A stretch of 63,905 nucleotides of DNA, the filler included, from Octopus bimaculoides (taxonomy: Eukaryota), in assembly GCF_001194135.2 (NCBI RefSeq). It is 6 parts of 6 records of this genome, joined end to end, with 100 filler letters (N's around TTAATTAATTAA, not from the genome) between each part and the next. Parts side by side here need not be neighbours in the genome. Positions count along the whole stretch, not along the records: positions 1 to 18,111 come from NC_068982.1; 5 more parts are not named here. One strand, 5' to 3'. Shown here piece after piece: positions 1 through 15,049 of the stretch. How positions within the stretch are numbered: position 1 is the stretch's first letter; every line of letters starts with the position of its first letter. The position numbers were made by a program, and so were the translations under genes. The notes under the pieces were generated by a model. It did not search any database and was not told where the DNA came from. It worked only from the letters and a program-made list of their open reading frames with translations.

Positions 1-55
<55 letters not shown>

Positions 56-235
56 TGCGTATCTATGTAATGGGTTAAACGTAAGGGTACACATGAATTG
101 CTCCTAAAATGTATTGATGTAAAATTGTTTTTATAACTTATCATAGAAACAAGCACAAATATTAATAGAAAAAACAGATAGGTAGGTAAATATGTAGGTA
201 GTTAGGTAGGCATGTAGATTGGTAGGTAGATAAAC

Positions 236-304
<69 letters not shown>
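1..304. repeat. Microsatellite block: (TA)n/(TG)n at 1-60, TAGG-rich stretch, then (GATA)n at 237-304
   Basis: Directly visible tandem di- and tetranucleotides. Confidence 0.95.
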
Positions 305-306
<2 letters not shown>

Positions 307-799
307 GTAGTAGCAGAGTATATACATTGAAAGAAGTTTATTTCGACAACGAAACATTAGTCATCTACTGAAACGATTATATACCAAATGAAAAACAAAT
401 AAAGCAAAAGCTCTAAGATCTGTTCGATGGTACATATCTTTTTCTTCATCTCACGTATTTATAGAGAAAAGTATGAATGTCAAGTTATTTTTTCGAAATC
501 ATTCAATTTTATATAAATCCTTCACAATAGATCTGATGAATTATTATGACGTGTAGATACCGAATATTTAACAATGATAAATATGAAATAGAAAACCCAG
601 TAAAGAATAATGGAGTTAAGTTTCAGATTTCATATATTACTTCAAAAGCATGAAGAGAAATAAAATGATGAAAAAAGAAAAATGAAGCATCAAAAATGTA
701 TTTCGAAAAGATAGAAATAGAATATGGGAACAAGAGAACAGGCTATATAATATTGATAAACTCCTCAGAGATAAGGTAAATTTTGGGTGAGTAATAGGT

Positions 800-2000
800 C
801 GTAAAAATTATTTTTCTCGCTAGCTATACACATGGTGATGGCAAGAAAATAAATGGGAAGATAAAGGAAAGTATTTGAAGCAACATCTATTTTCAGCTCA
901 AATAACAAGTTGAAAATGTTGTCAAAAGTAATATTGCATATATTCCTGTGGGTTAATGTTATCTGATCTGATTAGTTTTCCATACGGCTGCTTTTAAATT
1001 GAATATTGCTGTTGGTGTAGTAGGTTTGGTGAAGTAAGACAATAAGATACGAGTATTTATCTGCTCTGAGGATTGGGGGATATTAAGGAAAGGGGAGATA
1101 TATTTTTGAACGCGTTTGCTGTTCCTAACAAATCAACAATTTTATGCATGTAAAAAATATAGTTGTAAAGTCGAATCCGTTATGGAATTATTCTTGTAAC
1201 TGAGAATGTTAAGCTATGATATATGTAGGACATGTACATTATAATGAAAGCAGTTAATTAAAAGAACTAATTCGAGAGGTGTTGAACATATTTCTTTTTC
1301 ATAAATCAAAATAAAGATATCTTACGATAGGTAATATTATTGAACCCTTCCACTGCGTTTAATAACTGTAGTTGAAGGTCGTAGCTGTCAACCCAACTGG
1401 AACAGATTTTCTGTGGCTAAAATGTATGATGTACATATAACAGTCTCTGTCACATAAGTCGCACTTTGGGCTCACCGTTGCTGTTTCAGTTGTATCGATG
1501 ACTTGCAACCATTAACGTCTGTACCCTATGATGTGTGGACGTCGTTGGCAAGGCCAGAGTGTCTTCTCAGGTGCTTTGCCTGGTTCTATCTCTCCAATGT
1601 AGTGTGATCAATACGATCCAAGCCTGGGAGCTATGGCATGGAGAACATGTTCTTGCCCATTCCACCTCTTTCTGCTCACCTTTCCCACCATCCACTTCAC
1701 TGATGTATTCAAAGGAAGAGCACGCCAGTTAAAATTTGCCACCAGTGTCGACGAAAGTTTGCTCACAACGTCAAAGACACTCTGAAGCTTCGACAGGCGA
1801 TTTTCACTCGGAGTTTCCATACGAAAGAATACCCACGCGTGGGTATCGCAGCAAAGCAGTAGAGGTTTGGTATCGGGGTTTTGCTTCTAGTAGACAAGTT
1901 GCCCCCACCACCAACCAGGCTAAAGAGTTCCATCCTTGAGAATGACGTATTAATTTACCTATAGCTCCGAGCAGAGTAGCTAAGATGAGGTTCCACATTC
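800..2000 (-). mobile_element. Possible highly decayed L1/Tx1-clade LINE, 3' part of ORF2
   Basis: Minus-strand translation gives TLWPC...SPKCDLC (~1450-1570; resembles LW...CxxC of the zinc knuckle) and FNLKAAVWKT (~980-1010; resembles KxAIWKxR). Many stops; by-eye match only. Confidence 0.3.
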
Positions 2001-3839
2001 AGGAAGTCACTTATAGGGGCCCCACTACTGGATATAGATTAAAGTTATACTCAGTGTATAGTAATATTGTAAAAAATATGTCATTCATTAGAAAATATAG
2101 TACACCTTACTTAATACAAAAATTCAATTCCCTCCCCACCACCAAGTTGCTTTCTCTTTACAAAAGTCAAGAAATATGCGCAGTTACTTCACACACACAC
2201 ATACATACACACACACACACACACACACTCACACGCACATAACTATTCGTAACGCGTCACTCGCAAGCAAGACCCCAACCCAATCAAACACACGTATTGT
2301 TTCAGCATTTTCCTTAGTTGATCCCTTCTTACATATTCTCTCCACGTATCTCATTCATGACTTAATATCCCCACTCCAATAACTCCGACTCACTTCTTTC
2401 TCCTTCTATCACCATCGTCCTTGTATCAACTCGAGACTCCAAACTATGAACAAACTTAGATTTCCCTCCCAAAAACTTTGCCTCTGTGATCGTAGGATTT
2501 TATTGAAGTCGTTCAAATTGCAGAGTAATTTCACCTTTCTTTGGAGAACCATAGTAAAATATTCAATAAAATGAAATTCATGGTAACATTATGTGAGCAA
2601 AGATTGGAGAAATGTATATAAATATGGGATTTTAAGAGAAATATAATGTGTTTAGGTTGATATATTGCCATATTTATTATCTCATGAAAGGAACACATGT
2701 AATACAGATATGGGTATTCATGGATATGTAATATAGATATGGGTATAAGTTGTAATGCAAAAATATAAAAATTCAGCAAAATTATTTCCACTTAAGGAAA
2801 AAACTTTATCCTTGTGTCAAAAATGTGGTATCTACATTACATATATAATTACACTTTCCTGTATTTACTCTACCTATAATTGTCCTGCTAAGTTAAACCT
2901 AATATTATGAAATGAATATCATCGTATTCCTATTTCTGTCATCTTAACAATTATTATGCAAAATCCACGCCGTATGTTCCTTGACAGGCATTTTTACATA
3001 CATTAATTGTATTGAATTCATCCTGTCATTCTTTCTCTGGATTCTCTTCCTTGAAATATACATTGCGATCAGTGTTGTTCTATTACAAGGAAATAATTTC
3101 AAGGTACAGGTTATTATATAATATCACTTAATCGTATATCCATTTTGATATATCAACGTGTGCACAAAATCCACTCTACTGCAGAAATGTAGAAAAGGTG
3201 TGTAGGTATTACAGAAACAAAGTGAGTATTATAAGTAAGTATATGGCATTTCTCGAAGAGATGAACCAATACGAAACACTATTTGTATTTCTCTATTCAG
3301 GAGTGAAAATTAATGCTCCATAATATATGAACATTCGAAAATGTAGATATGTGTATATGCATAACAATAAAAATCAGAAGTATAGTGTATGCATGTACAC
3401 GCAGGTGCAGACTCCTGTATAATTTATTATTGTTCGTGGATAACATTCTGCATATAATAGCACTCGATTTATCTGCGTCTCACAGTGATATATATATGAA
3501 GAAGATTACTTGAATAATAGCCGAAGTGTGAACATTTTGATGAAAAAACTTAACCAAGTGAGAAATAGGCAAATTTCATTGGACACGCAAGTATTCTTTT
3601 GACTGCAATTTATAAACTACCCCCGAAAATGTGCGAGATACTGTGATAGTTATGAATATCAATAAATATAAGAAAGCGTTGATAACTCAACCTTTCCGAA
3701 TTCATGTTAAGGCTTTTAGGATGTAACAATTGCTATTGGCAGGTAGTGTACTTATTCATATGAGAGAGACAAGAAGTGAGTGAGCAATATGGTTGTAATA
3801 GAGGCAGAAACAAACATAGAATCAAAGGGGAAACACTCG

Positions 3840-3960
3840 ACTAAAAACAAACATATGAAAACCAGAAACACATAATTATTTAACCCACCGTGAGCCAAAG
3901 ACACAATTATTCAACATATTGTAAACCCCCAAATATATGGTATGTTTCATACACATACAC
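3840..3960 (+). mobile_element. Possible Penelope-like remnant
   Basis: RNT*LFNPP* at ~3863-3893 resembles the RNIIWFNPP motif that follows the RT in many PLEs. Single motif only. Confidence 0.2.
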
Positions 3961-5029
3961 CTACATATGTCATCAGGTTGGCACTGTTCTGAGTAGAAAT
4001 ACCGATTGAAAGACATATGACAGGTATATTCTCTTTCTCTTTAATCGGAAGGAATTTCTTCGACGAACGTTTTTGCTATTTTTTTTTAACAACTGTAAGA
4101 GACACAAACTTGATATAACATTTCCAATCTTTCAGTGAAAGAGGGGAGGTGGCATATTATTCGGTTCATCGATAAGCCACTTGAGAATGGCTACTGAAAA
4201 GGTCATGATTCTGACAGTGCCCCAATATAGCAGGAACACTTGAGCTGAAACGCTTCAGAGAATATAGGAACATTCACACATAAACATATCGTATATATAC
4301 GCCTTGCGTGTGTGTGCGCGCATGCATGTCTATATTTATATATGTGTGTTTGTGTGCCTATGTTTATATGCGTGTGTGTGTATGTGTGTGAGTGATTTTG
4401 CGTGCGTGTATTTATGTATGTGTGTGTGTATGTGTGTGTATGCGCGCACGCGTGTGTATGTGTACACAACAAGAAAAATGCTATCGAGACTTTATCTCAA
4501 TTCTTGGTGAAGACATTTTTCATCAAAATACTCAAGAATTATTAATAAAATTAAATTGTCTTTTAGTTATATGCTATCTTGTGCATACCGTTATTGAATA
4601 AACACAAAGTAACTTCCTATTCATTATATGAAAAAAATGAACTTAACTTGCAAGAAAAATGTCCGCTATCTAACATCTGCCTACCTAAATACAAATATAT
4701 TCGTGTCAGTGCGTGTATGTTTGTATATATGAATGTGTATATCTTTTGTGTTTAATAATTTAAGTTCTTCCTCTGAAGAAGGAAGCTTTTCTTTTCACAA
4801 AGATACAAAATTCCATCAGTGTAATGTAGACAAGGAAAACAATGTCACATTTTAAACACAAGTAAAGTCTTCCGTAGGTCTACTACTCTGCTTACAGATT
4901 GTATTTGCAATGTGCTAATCAGTAGGTTGATTTCTCTTTCGGAAAATCTAGCCTAATCCTGACTGACAGGCATTTACTTACAAAATCAAGTGCTCCAGTT
5001 ATTGGTATAAATGTAAATTGTTATGTATG

Positions 5030-5063
<34 letters not shown>

Positions 5064-7619
5064 TGTATGTATGTATATATGTATGTATGTATGAACGAAT
5101 GTATAGATGTATGGATTATGCATGCATGTACATATGTATGTATGTATGTAATTATTTATGTATGTATGTATGTATGTAAGTATCCGTGTAGCTTACGGAG
5201 AAACAGAAATGAGAGAAATGCATAGAAATATATTATTCATATCAGAACCTGAAGTCCAAGTGACTATGCTGCTACTACTATACTTAGTTTCGAAACTCGA
5301 AACTTACGCTGGCGATTGTCATTTAATTGACAATTTAACCATTTAGTTTTCTGTTGTATCACAAAATACAAATATTCCTATCAGTTTCCTCCTTTCAAAA
5401 ATATTGAATGTAAGATAACAATTAAGATATTGCTCACATTTGACACAAGTATACCAGCCTTGGTTGATAACCACAAATTAATTATATATCCACACGTAGT
5501 TTCCAAGAAATTACAATATTAAAGCATTATTTAGCAGAATATACCTTTCATCAATTTTTCAGTCAACACAAAATATTTTAGAATACTTTCTCTTTATCGT
5601 ATTAAATGTCTGCTGTTATAAAGTAATATTCTATACGTTTATATTTACGGACACCACTATAAATTGAAAGTAAAATACTACACATTAATAATATCATTAA
5701 AAGCAATCTGTAACATACTTATTGCTACTTCTATTTCTCACATCGTACATATGTATTTGCGGCAATAATTTTAAGATAACAATCAGATCGGCAAAGTGGT
5801 TACTGTAATTAGATATCTGACACGATGCTAGATTTGAAGATATGTTCCTCACACGAGAGAGTGAGATCAAGTAAACACCAATACCATAATTCACAGTGAA
5901 AATTTTAGCTACTCTTCACTGTAATGCACATTTTAGGTAGTATACTTTTTATTCATTCCAAAGAGGATTCGCGAAACAAAACAGTTTTCCATATTTCGTA
6001 ATGTATTTGCATTGGTTAGGGATAATGTAATATTTTTTAACTGTAGCAAATGTTCGAACTGAAAACACGTTGACATATTAACTAATGAGTATCCCACATT
6101 TTCATTGAACATGACACATTTTATTTAACCCTGTATGAAAAAACGCTTTCGTTTCAACCCTTAAAAATATTTGTATAATACATTATGTGTCTGTGTGTTG
6201 CGTGCGCGTCAAATTTTGGTTTAGAATACAATATTGAATCACAAGGTCGTTTGCCTACGTCGTAGAACTAAGCTATTAATTGTCCCATCATTCTCGTCAT
6301 TGTTTCCTTTATTTGTTTAGTGAGCTTCGCTGTTATTGTTTAACTCTTGATTTGCACTACTAGTGTGATCAATTCCAATCTAACAGAGATCAGCTCATCA
6401 ATTGTTTTAAACTGAGTGGGTCTAGTACACTATTTTATAAAGCGTTCAGGGTTCACTTGATTTCTATTTGAGTGAGGTCTAAGTAGCAGATAAAGCAACC
6501 CTTTGTAGTCTCGTATGCTTGGTTGTGCTTTCGATATATTAGAGAAAAAAAAGACCATAGAATTCAAATAATTCCTGTCAGCATATATAGATTAATGAAA
6601 AACGCTTTTATGTTTCCTTAAGAGATTTATAAAATAATATAAAACTGAACTGCCATGTATAGCATTAAAACCGTTGAAAAAGTGATATCTAAAGTAAAGT
6701 CAATAAATATTTATAACAGCTATTGTAAATATCTGAGACTGCAGAGAGAAATTAAAACTGACTTTCAAACTTTTCGTAAATGGAATTCCTGTGATAAATT
6801 GTCTTTCTCCTGATTGTCCGTGCTAATTTTTTTTTTTTTGTACAGTTCTTTATTGGGGAAAAGAAATTATACAACACATTAACGCATTCTCAATCAACTA
6901 AAGAAATAATGGATATTTTTCTTGCTTCTTTTTGAGTTGTTAATTTTGGTAATCAGCCATCTTCACCGTTTTCGAAATTTCTGAAGTTTGTAACCTCTTC
7001 CTTCTTTCACTACTTTCGACCCATATGGGAAATGATCTTAGGGTAATGAGGCATCAAACGTACGACTGTAACAAATGTATAAAAAATACTTTTAGCATGA
7101 AGTAGTAGTGTTTGCTATATTATACTATCAGTCCTCGTTAATAAAAGCGCTACTGTTCTTAAACTAAAACCTAAGAGAATACTAATGTTATGCAAACGTA
7201 TGATTTAGTTATTCCTAATTATTTTCGCCATTTTAATTAGTGCCATAACAAGTTGATAATACTAGGACATAGAAAATTCTTTGAAAATTCTTTAAAAATT
7301 CCATTCTTCTATGTCAGACACTACGCTTGGGAGCCTATATACGTTTACGTGATGAGCACGAAAATGTAGCCAAATTATATTAGGTTACATCTGAATTCAG
7401 AAAAACGGTAAAAAAAAGCACATCATAATCTAATTCTACGTACAAGATGTTGAGAAAAAAATTATATATACATATAGTTGGAGTGTTTTTTTTTTTCATT
7501 AAGCGTTGATTATCCAAGGGTTACGCGAATCTAAATAACCAACAACGACATTTAAAGCCGCTCTCAATGGTTTCGAATTTGCTGGTTGTAATCTAATTTA
7601 ACTTTGAAAAGACTATGTA

Positions 7620-8451
7620 CGCGGTCTGATAAGTAACTATCCAGCCTGTTGTCATACTAACGAAGCTAAACCACACAAAGTGAAGTAGCTTAGCATAAAC
7701 TGACCTTGAAATCTAATGTGTATGCGCACTAAGTTTTAGCGTGCTAGCTTACTTCGAATGTTCACAGCAGTGCTTGGTAAGAAGGTGCTTAGTGTGTGAT
7801 CATCACATTGGCCATGACAGAGAAAGGCTTCATGGTGAAACCTGATCATAGGCCTAAACAAAGTCACATAAATTGTATGGAGAAGGGTGTATGAGCCGCA
7901 CACAAGTGTTCGAGATGTTTCAGGCGTTTACAAGATGGCCAAAAAAAGGTCGATATTGACGAAAGTTCTGGAAGACCCGCAATCAGCAGAACTAAAAAAA
8001 AAACATAGCAGATGTGCGTGCAACTATGAGGCAAATCGTCGAATCACGATTGGTGTATGAGACGCATGTCTGCCAAGTTTGCGCCAAAACTGCTTTCAGG
8101 TGACCAAGAAGGCACTCGCGTTTCAGTTGCACGACATCTCCTTGATTGTGTCAAGAATGATGACAACTTTTAAAAACTTTGCGTAGGCCTCTGAGCAGGT
8201 ATCGCCAACTTGTTGACAAAATTTGATGCAAATTCTCTGCTCAACTTGCTCTGTAATGATCAATTCGACAATCACACGCAACACACCTTCATTCCAAGCA
8301 TTGCTGTAAACAGTGGAAGTAAGCTAGAACCTTAAAAATTAATGCGCATCCACAACAGAGTTCATGGTCAATCTGTGCCAAGACGCTTAACGCTGCCTGC
8401 TTTAACTTTGTTACTATAGCAACAGTCCGGGTACGTATTGATCATATCACG
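7620..8451 (+). mobile_element. Internally deleted mariner derivative with a long inverted (foldback) right arm
   Basis: TA flanks at 7618-19 and 8452-53; degenerate TIRs CGCGGTCTGATAAGTAACTATCCAGCCTGTTG vs CGTGATATGATCAATACGTACCCGGACTGTTG. Plus strand encodes LYGEGCMSRTQVFE, SSGRP and MRRMSAKFAPKLL; minus strand of ~8170-8240 encodes EQRICIKFCQQVG (transposase N-terminus). Confidence 0.8.
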
Positions 8452-11112
8452 TATATCGTGATAAAAATATAAAAATATTGTGTTGTTAAGAAATAATTAT
8501 TCCTTGACTACAAGGAATAATTATTTTCTGTGTTAGCTGCTACATTATGAACATCAGCAAAACATATACGATTCTAATGTGGGCACAAGAACAGTAGTTT
8601 GAGTGGGGGAGTTTGGTCAAAGTGCTTGACATATACTTGTTATCGACCATAAAAGTCTAAAACACAACGTTGACCTTTGGCGGTAATAGAAATTTGAACA
8701 TAAATTAGCGCAGGAAGAAATATTGTATGCGGTGTTTAACTACAAGAGAACTGGAAAATGAAGAAGTTAATAGAAAACTCCTATAGCCTAGCAATGCATC
8801 TCAGTCGTTATTATAGATGTAAATGTGTTCCAAGAACCTCAAAATTGACAAAACAAAAAGTCATTTCAAAACAATCTTTTTAGTTTATGCTTAGCCTCAC
8901 GATACGGCAGAACAACTGTCGCTGGCGTTTCTGTTTTCTCAATCCTATTCTGTTTTCTCAATCCTATTCTGTTTTTCTTTCAGCTAGATTGTATGCAAAA
9001 TAATATTAACCAACAAATGCAGGCAATTTGTTTTGCAGACACTCTGCTGTTAAATTGGATGCTATTTCTAGCTAATCATATGACCCTAAAGAAGGCAATT
9101 TGCAACGTAATAGATATTAGATTTATTAAAACTCTTACACTCTTGAGTGGGACTAGGATCATGGAATCTGTTCTTGAAAGATGAATAGGAGTACGTTTGA
9201 CCGCAAGATGTACTGTGTGCATGGATACGCGTTTCACGAATATACAAAAACTGTTTCGTTTTTGGAACTAATTTCTAATTTACATTTGTTGTTTGAAATT
9301 TACATATGCACAAACATTCATATATTCGTATGTTATCACGATATATTCCACGTATAGTGGTTACTAACACAGAACTACAACAATGTTTGCTCCATTTTAC
9401 TAGTCCTAACTATCAGGCCAATTTCTCCCGGGTCCCAAATTACTGCCTTGTCTTTCCAACACTACAGTGTACGCGACTCTCTTGCATCTGTAAAGTGTGC
9501 TCACCCTTCTTCTAGCTTCGGAATGCGTAAATTCTCATAGCCCTATAATGATCTTTGCATTCCTCAAGCCTACAGGGCGGTCCTCTTTTCCCATCTTTTC
9601 TAAGTGTTAAACGTGTACCTACTTGTCATAGTTTTGTTTTGTAACCACATTCGCCCGGCCCTGTATTGTTAATGTAATTTAACAATGTTTACACAGACCC
9701 CTCTATCATTTACTCTACTTCTACCAGCTAAAAATTCCAACTTGTGCACAAGACATTTAATTTTATTTCCGTGTGTGTCAGCCCTTTTTAAAAAATTAAA
9801 ACATGTTAATATTTAATAAAACATTTGACAATATATAAAATCACGCAAAACTTTCTTCTTCCCCGCCTTGCATAAACATTCTTGTCTTTCCAACCCTACA
9901 GTTCCAGGAGTGATTTCTCCTGCTTTCTTTATTTGCGAGTTTGCGTGTTTTCAGCAGGAATATGAAATTTTATGTAAGTTGTTCAAAATTCGAGGAACCA
10001 TTCAAATTTAATGCCCTAGTTGACAACTTAGATTACCTAGAGGGCAGCACCGTTCCTCTATGTACACATAGAAATCTCTTCGATGATGATCAGTATGTGA
10101 AGAATCAATATTCTTGTTTCTATATATCTACAATCTTTACGACATGATTATTTGCTGATGCAGGCAACCACTTTAACAGACGGGTTTTATTTGCTTTTTA
10201 TCACATATAATTGTGATGTAGTATTATTCAAGATTTCCAGTTGCTAAGTGAATAGAAATCTATTTATATAGCTAAAGAATCACCAATATTTGTCCATGAG
10301 CTAACATTGTTTTCGCTATGTTTTATTTGATATCCATCATGTACAATTGTATTGAATTATTGTACGTGTTATCGAGTTCGTTAATTCAACAGAAACTATT
10401 TTCAAAGTTTTAAGAATTACAAATATTTGTCCATGTGCCAGCAATATTTTTATTCTATCGTTTTATTTGTTCTTTATCGTGTATAATTGTGCTGCAACAT
10501 TGTACGAGATTTAGAATTTGCTAACTTTTGAGAAAACATTTTGCGAAATGAAAGAATGATAAATATTTATCCCTCTGCTACTAACATTTTCCCTCCAATG
10601 TATGGACATAATTTTAAAAAACGATTCCAAATCATAAGGAGTCGCTTCTTCTCATAAGAAAAGAGGAGACGTTATGTTAAGTAAGAAATTTATCCAAGTT
10701 AAAGCATATATTTCTACCCACACACTTCAATCACCATTCTGTTCAAGACATCATTATTATATTGCCGAAACTGTTGAAAGTGCGTAAATATTCAACTTTC
10801 GTCTAAACCACACAGAAACATGTAATCTATATTTAGAATTTCAAATTAACTCTTTCAGTTCCAGATTATTAGATTAATCGATAGTCAGGACAGATAGTTC
10901 AATGATTATAGCGTTTGATGCAAATTATAACAACACATGATTCCTTCAAGTGATATAAATTACTCTACGAATAAATGGAAATAACCTTGCGTAACAATAG
11001 TCATATAGATAATTTGGCATCTAGAAGGAGTAATGCCAATAAAATTACAGATAAGCAATTATATTATTGAACATATAATACTCAGAGAGGCATACACAAG
11101 CACACATGAAAC

Positions 11113-11430
<318 letters not shown>

Positions 11431-13924
11431 TATGGTTGAGAGAGGGAAAGGGTAGAAATAGAGAGTTATTAAGAAGGATATATACTAAGAGAAAGAAATA
11501 AGTAGACAGCGAAATTTATCGAAGGATACATAGGAAGATATGTACACGTTGATGCAAATTTATATTAATGGCGATTAATATACCTTTAAGTAATTATGTA
11601 TTATCTCAATAACAATTAAGTAAATTAATCTTGGTAAGCTGCTCCAAGAATAACAAAAGAAGGTAAAATAAGTATCGATGTTCAATTGTAAGAATAGCTT
11701 ATTATTCCCATGTGTAATAATATATTGTAAATGAACAGAGTTTTGTTGCTCAGTTGCTCTTCTCTAACGTTGTATTAACTGTTAGCTAAGCTATTATTTT
11801 ATCTCGTTATTCGATTATATATCTTCTAAATTCAAACATTCGGATTGTTATGCATATGGTTATTTATATTGGTTGCCCATTTGTGCAAGTGAACTGGCTT
11901 ATAATCATATTCAGTGAAATGGATCTCTAATAATATGTGGCTAGATATTCTGTGATGATTTCAAAACGCTTCCATGTCACAAATATTTAGCCTGTATATC
12001 TGACGTGAAAATCCTGGAAAATTAACTCCACTATGTTGCAACACAACAGGAAAGAAGGCGATTATGTAGTATAACAGAGGCATTTGTAACTGGTTCTGAG
12101 ACAGAATGACATACCACAGGACTACCGTAATACTTCATGCGTATAAAATAACGAACAGAAATAGAAACACCTATGCTATAATTTCCATTAAATAATTAAT
12201 GGTATCTAATTTTTTTTTAACTTCTGACAACACTAAAGTATCGAGTCAAGTAATCTAAAATATCTAGTGAAGCTTATATGATAAAGCACTTCTAATAGAG
12301 TTAACACCCTGCTCAGGACCAAGGAATGTTCTTGTGCGTCTCTTTCTCTCTAGAGCAAACGTTTGAAGCAATACTTTTCCTGAAGGTTCTTACCATCACT
12401 TTAGATAAGTTCGAATTCTTCCAGCTCATTCATAAACGTAACGTCATTTAAAAAAAAAAAAATATTTGCAAGCGGAACCGACACTTACACTCTGGACACA
12501 TCGTGAGGTCTACCTATGAATTGGGACAAATATTGTATATCCTTCATCCCCACACCATCTGTCCGTTTCGGGTGGACAACACCGCTTTAATCACCGTTTC
12601 TGCTTCCCATTCCAAATAAATCAATTACCACATAACTAAAATGATTATGTCATATTCAGGAAATAATATAAAACGAGTTGGCAAGTCTTGTCTCTGCTTG
12701 CACCATGTTTAAACTTCAGTCCAACAAAGATTTTAACTATTACTGGAAGGTATATCAAACAGCTTGTTTAAGTCGGCGATACTGAATCCTCATCCCTTAC
12801 CTATAAACGTTGGCTGCTGTCTAGGATAGAATCTATACTCAGAAATTACCAAGAAAACCAATGTCTGCACATTAATAAATAATACAGCCTACTGCGAAAT
12901 TTCTCCGTAATTTTCGAACTTTTAACATTTAAAAAATTTTTGGTTTTCCATCCCTTCACCCATCCTTAAAATCACCACCCTTGAAGATATTATAATGCAT
13001 AGTTATTGACTTTCACACACATTTCGCACACATCAAGCGCATAAGCCAAACTTAGCTATTTTCTCAGAATGCAGTAATTCATAACCTATCAACTAATTAA
13101 TATTTCCTACTGACATAGCAATACTCGAAACACGCTAGGTTTTTTGCTCACACTCTACTAAAATTCAATTGTGGCTATTGAGTAGTTCGATCACTATCCC
13201 ATCGCAGATATTCACCATACTCCTGAATACTACAGTATACGTAAGTATGATCATATTGGTCTGAGATCTCATAATATAACCGGTAGGCTAAGTACATTAA
13301 CATTATATCAATAAGACATTAGAAAACGCGACTTAACCCATCATCATAAGCATATTCCACTACTTCCTTTTAACAGCGAGAAGGTATCAGTAAAAGAATC
13401 ATTCAGAATTTATAAACTGATTTCATTGCGTGCAGACAATATTTACCTCGACTTAATGAGTTTTCTTAACTGATTAAACAGAGGTTATCTTGATGCATCA
13501 CAGACTGCATGTTTTTCCACACACCATTCCCCATTGCAGTACATTTTCCACAGAAGAGGACGACGAAAGTAATCAAAATCCAGCAATACTTGCCTTTTCC
13601 ATTCCAAAACACCTGATAACCTGAACACATTATTTTCTCTGCCCTGCTTCAAGTCACAACCCAATTTTCCTAGATTGTTTATAAAAAGATGGCTGGAATA
13701 TTGTCTTTTAAGATACATAATTTGAATAAAGTACTTGATGTACATATTGAAACGTCTTGATCACACCAATCTGAAGGGATTTCCACGAGAAAAAAAAAAT
13801 TATTAAATAGATCCAGTTGGTTGAACAGGAGTATTGCATTTGCTCACCAATATTTTATTTTTTCCTCTTCAACTTTTATTTATTGGCTATCAATCTCTTA
13901 CCTCAGAGTAAAATTCCCTAATAA

Positions 13925-14321
13925 TGTATTCTCTTCTAATCAAGGCCCTACATTTTGGGGAAGGGTCCAGTCGATTAGATCAACCTCAGTGCGCATCTTG
14001 TACTTAATTTATCGACCCGAAAATGATGAAAGGCAAAGTCGACCGCGGAAGAATTTGAACTCAGAATGTAAAGACAGACGAAATACCGCTGTGCTAACGC
14101 TACTTATTTCTTTATTGGCCACCAGGGGGCTAAACGTAGAGGGGACAAACACGGACAGGCAAAGGGATTAAGTCGATTACATCGACCCCAGCGCGTAACT
14201 GGTACTTAATTTATCGACCTCGAAAGGATGAAAGGCAAAGTCGATCTCAGCGGAATTTGAACTCAGAATACCGCTAAGAATTTCGCCCGGCGTTTCACCA
14301 GAGTTTCTGCCTGGTCGCTGC
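13925..14321 (-). mobile_element. Two tandem family-C SINEs (central module GTCGACTTTGCCTTTCATCC..., Nin/Deu-domain-like) with different 3' tails
   Basis: Both carry GAAAGGCAAAGTCGA...GAATTTGAACTCAGAA. Copy ~13925-14100 has the GGCCTTG...AGAA tail; copy ~14102-14321 has the GTCCCC...GCCAATAAAGAAATAA tail. Confidence 0.85.
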
Positions 14322-15049
14322 TTTGCCAAATAATATATTGCCGAGATGCTGCAGTAATAAGATATAAATATATGGAAGAAGGGCACCCTCTAATAATAGG
14401 AGAAGAAACAACAATTAAAAGTACTTTACTCTAACGGGATTTAAACCAATGCTTTACATTGAAGATAAATAAAAATCACTGACGGATAAAACATGTCACT
14501 TGAATATATACTCACAAAACACTAGAACTGGAATCGATCCTGAGTATAAGCTTCACACTGAAAATTAAAAATAAAAAGAAAGCAACTAGTTTTCATTCAT
14601 TTTCATTGAGACACAGTAGAAAATTTAGAATAATCAAACGGAGAATTGAGGTAATATTTGTGTGTGTGTGTGTATAGATGAGTATGTGAAAGTATATTGT
14701 AATAGGGATGTAGTTTATGAGGTTGCTCGGATGCAATTAATGTTAATGCCATATCATACAATACATAAACCCACTGAAATATCAGCTCCTGAAAAGAATT
14801 CCTTTATAACTGCCGAAGAAGTAACAATTAGATTAGTTCAGGAAGCATCTCAGTATTGTCCTGCCTGATTTAATACATGGTACATGAAGTATACACAATC
14901 TGCTGCTCGACAATAGCTTCAAGACTAAAAACAATGCGAAGATCAGCAATTCAATATAATACGAGTAACGCTATCGAAACGCTTCACTGAGCAGTGTATT
15001 TATAAGTGATAGAAGAGCAGGACAATTATTTATTATACGTGTTCATCGT

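Noticed and set aside
237-2000. Second example of a Tx1 tail ending in (GATA)n
   Set aside because: Sequence next to this array does not resemble the 55387 tail, and the LINE call here is weak.
8922-8983. 20-bp tandem duplication (TCTGTTTTCTCAATCCTATT)
   Set aside because: Ordinary slippage duplication.
12545-12600. Second hammerhead-like motif on the minus strand (GTGATTA...GGTG-TTGTC-CACC-CGAAACGGAC)
   Set aside because: Two changes in the CUGAUGA box, no UH cleavage site and no stem I.
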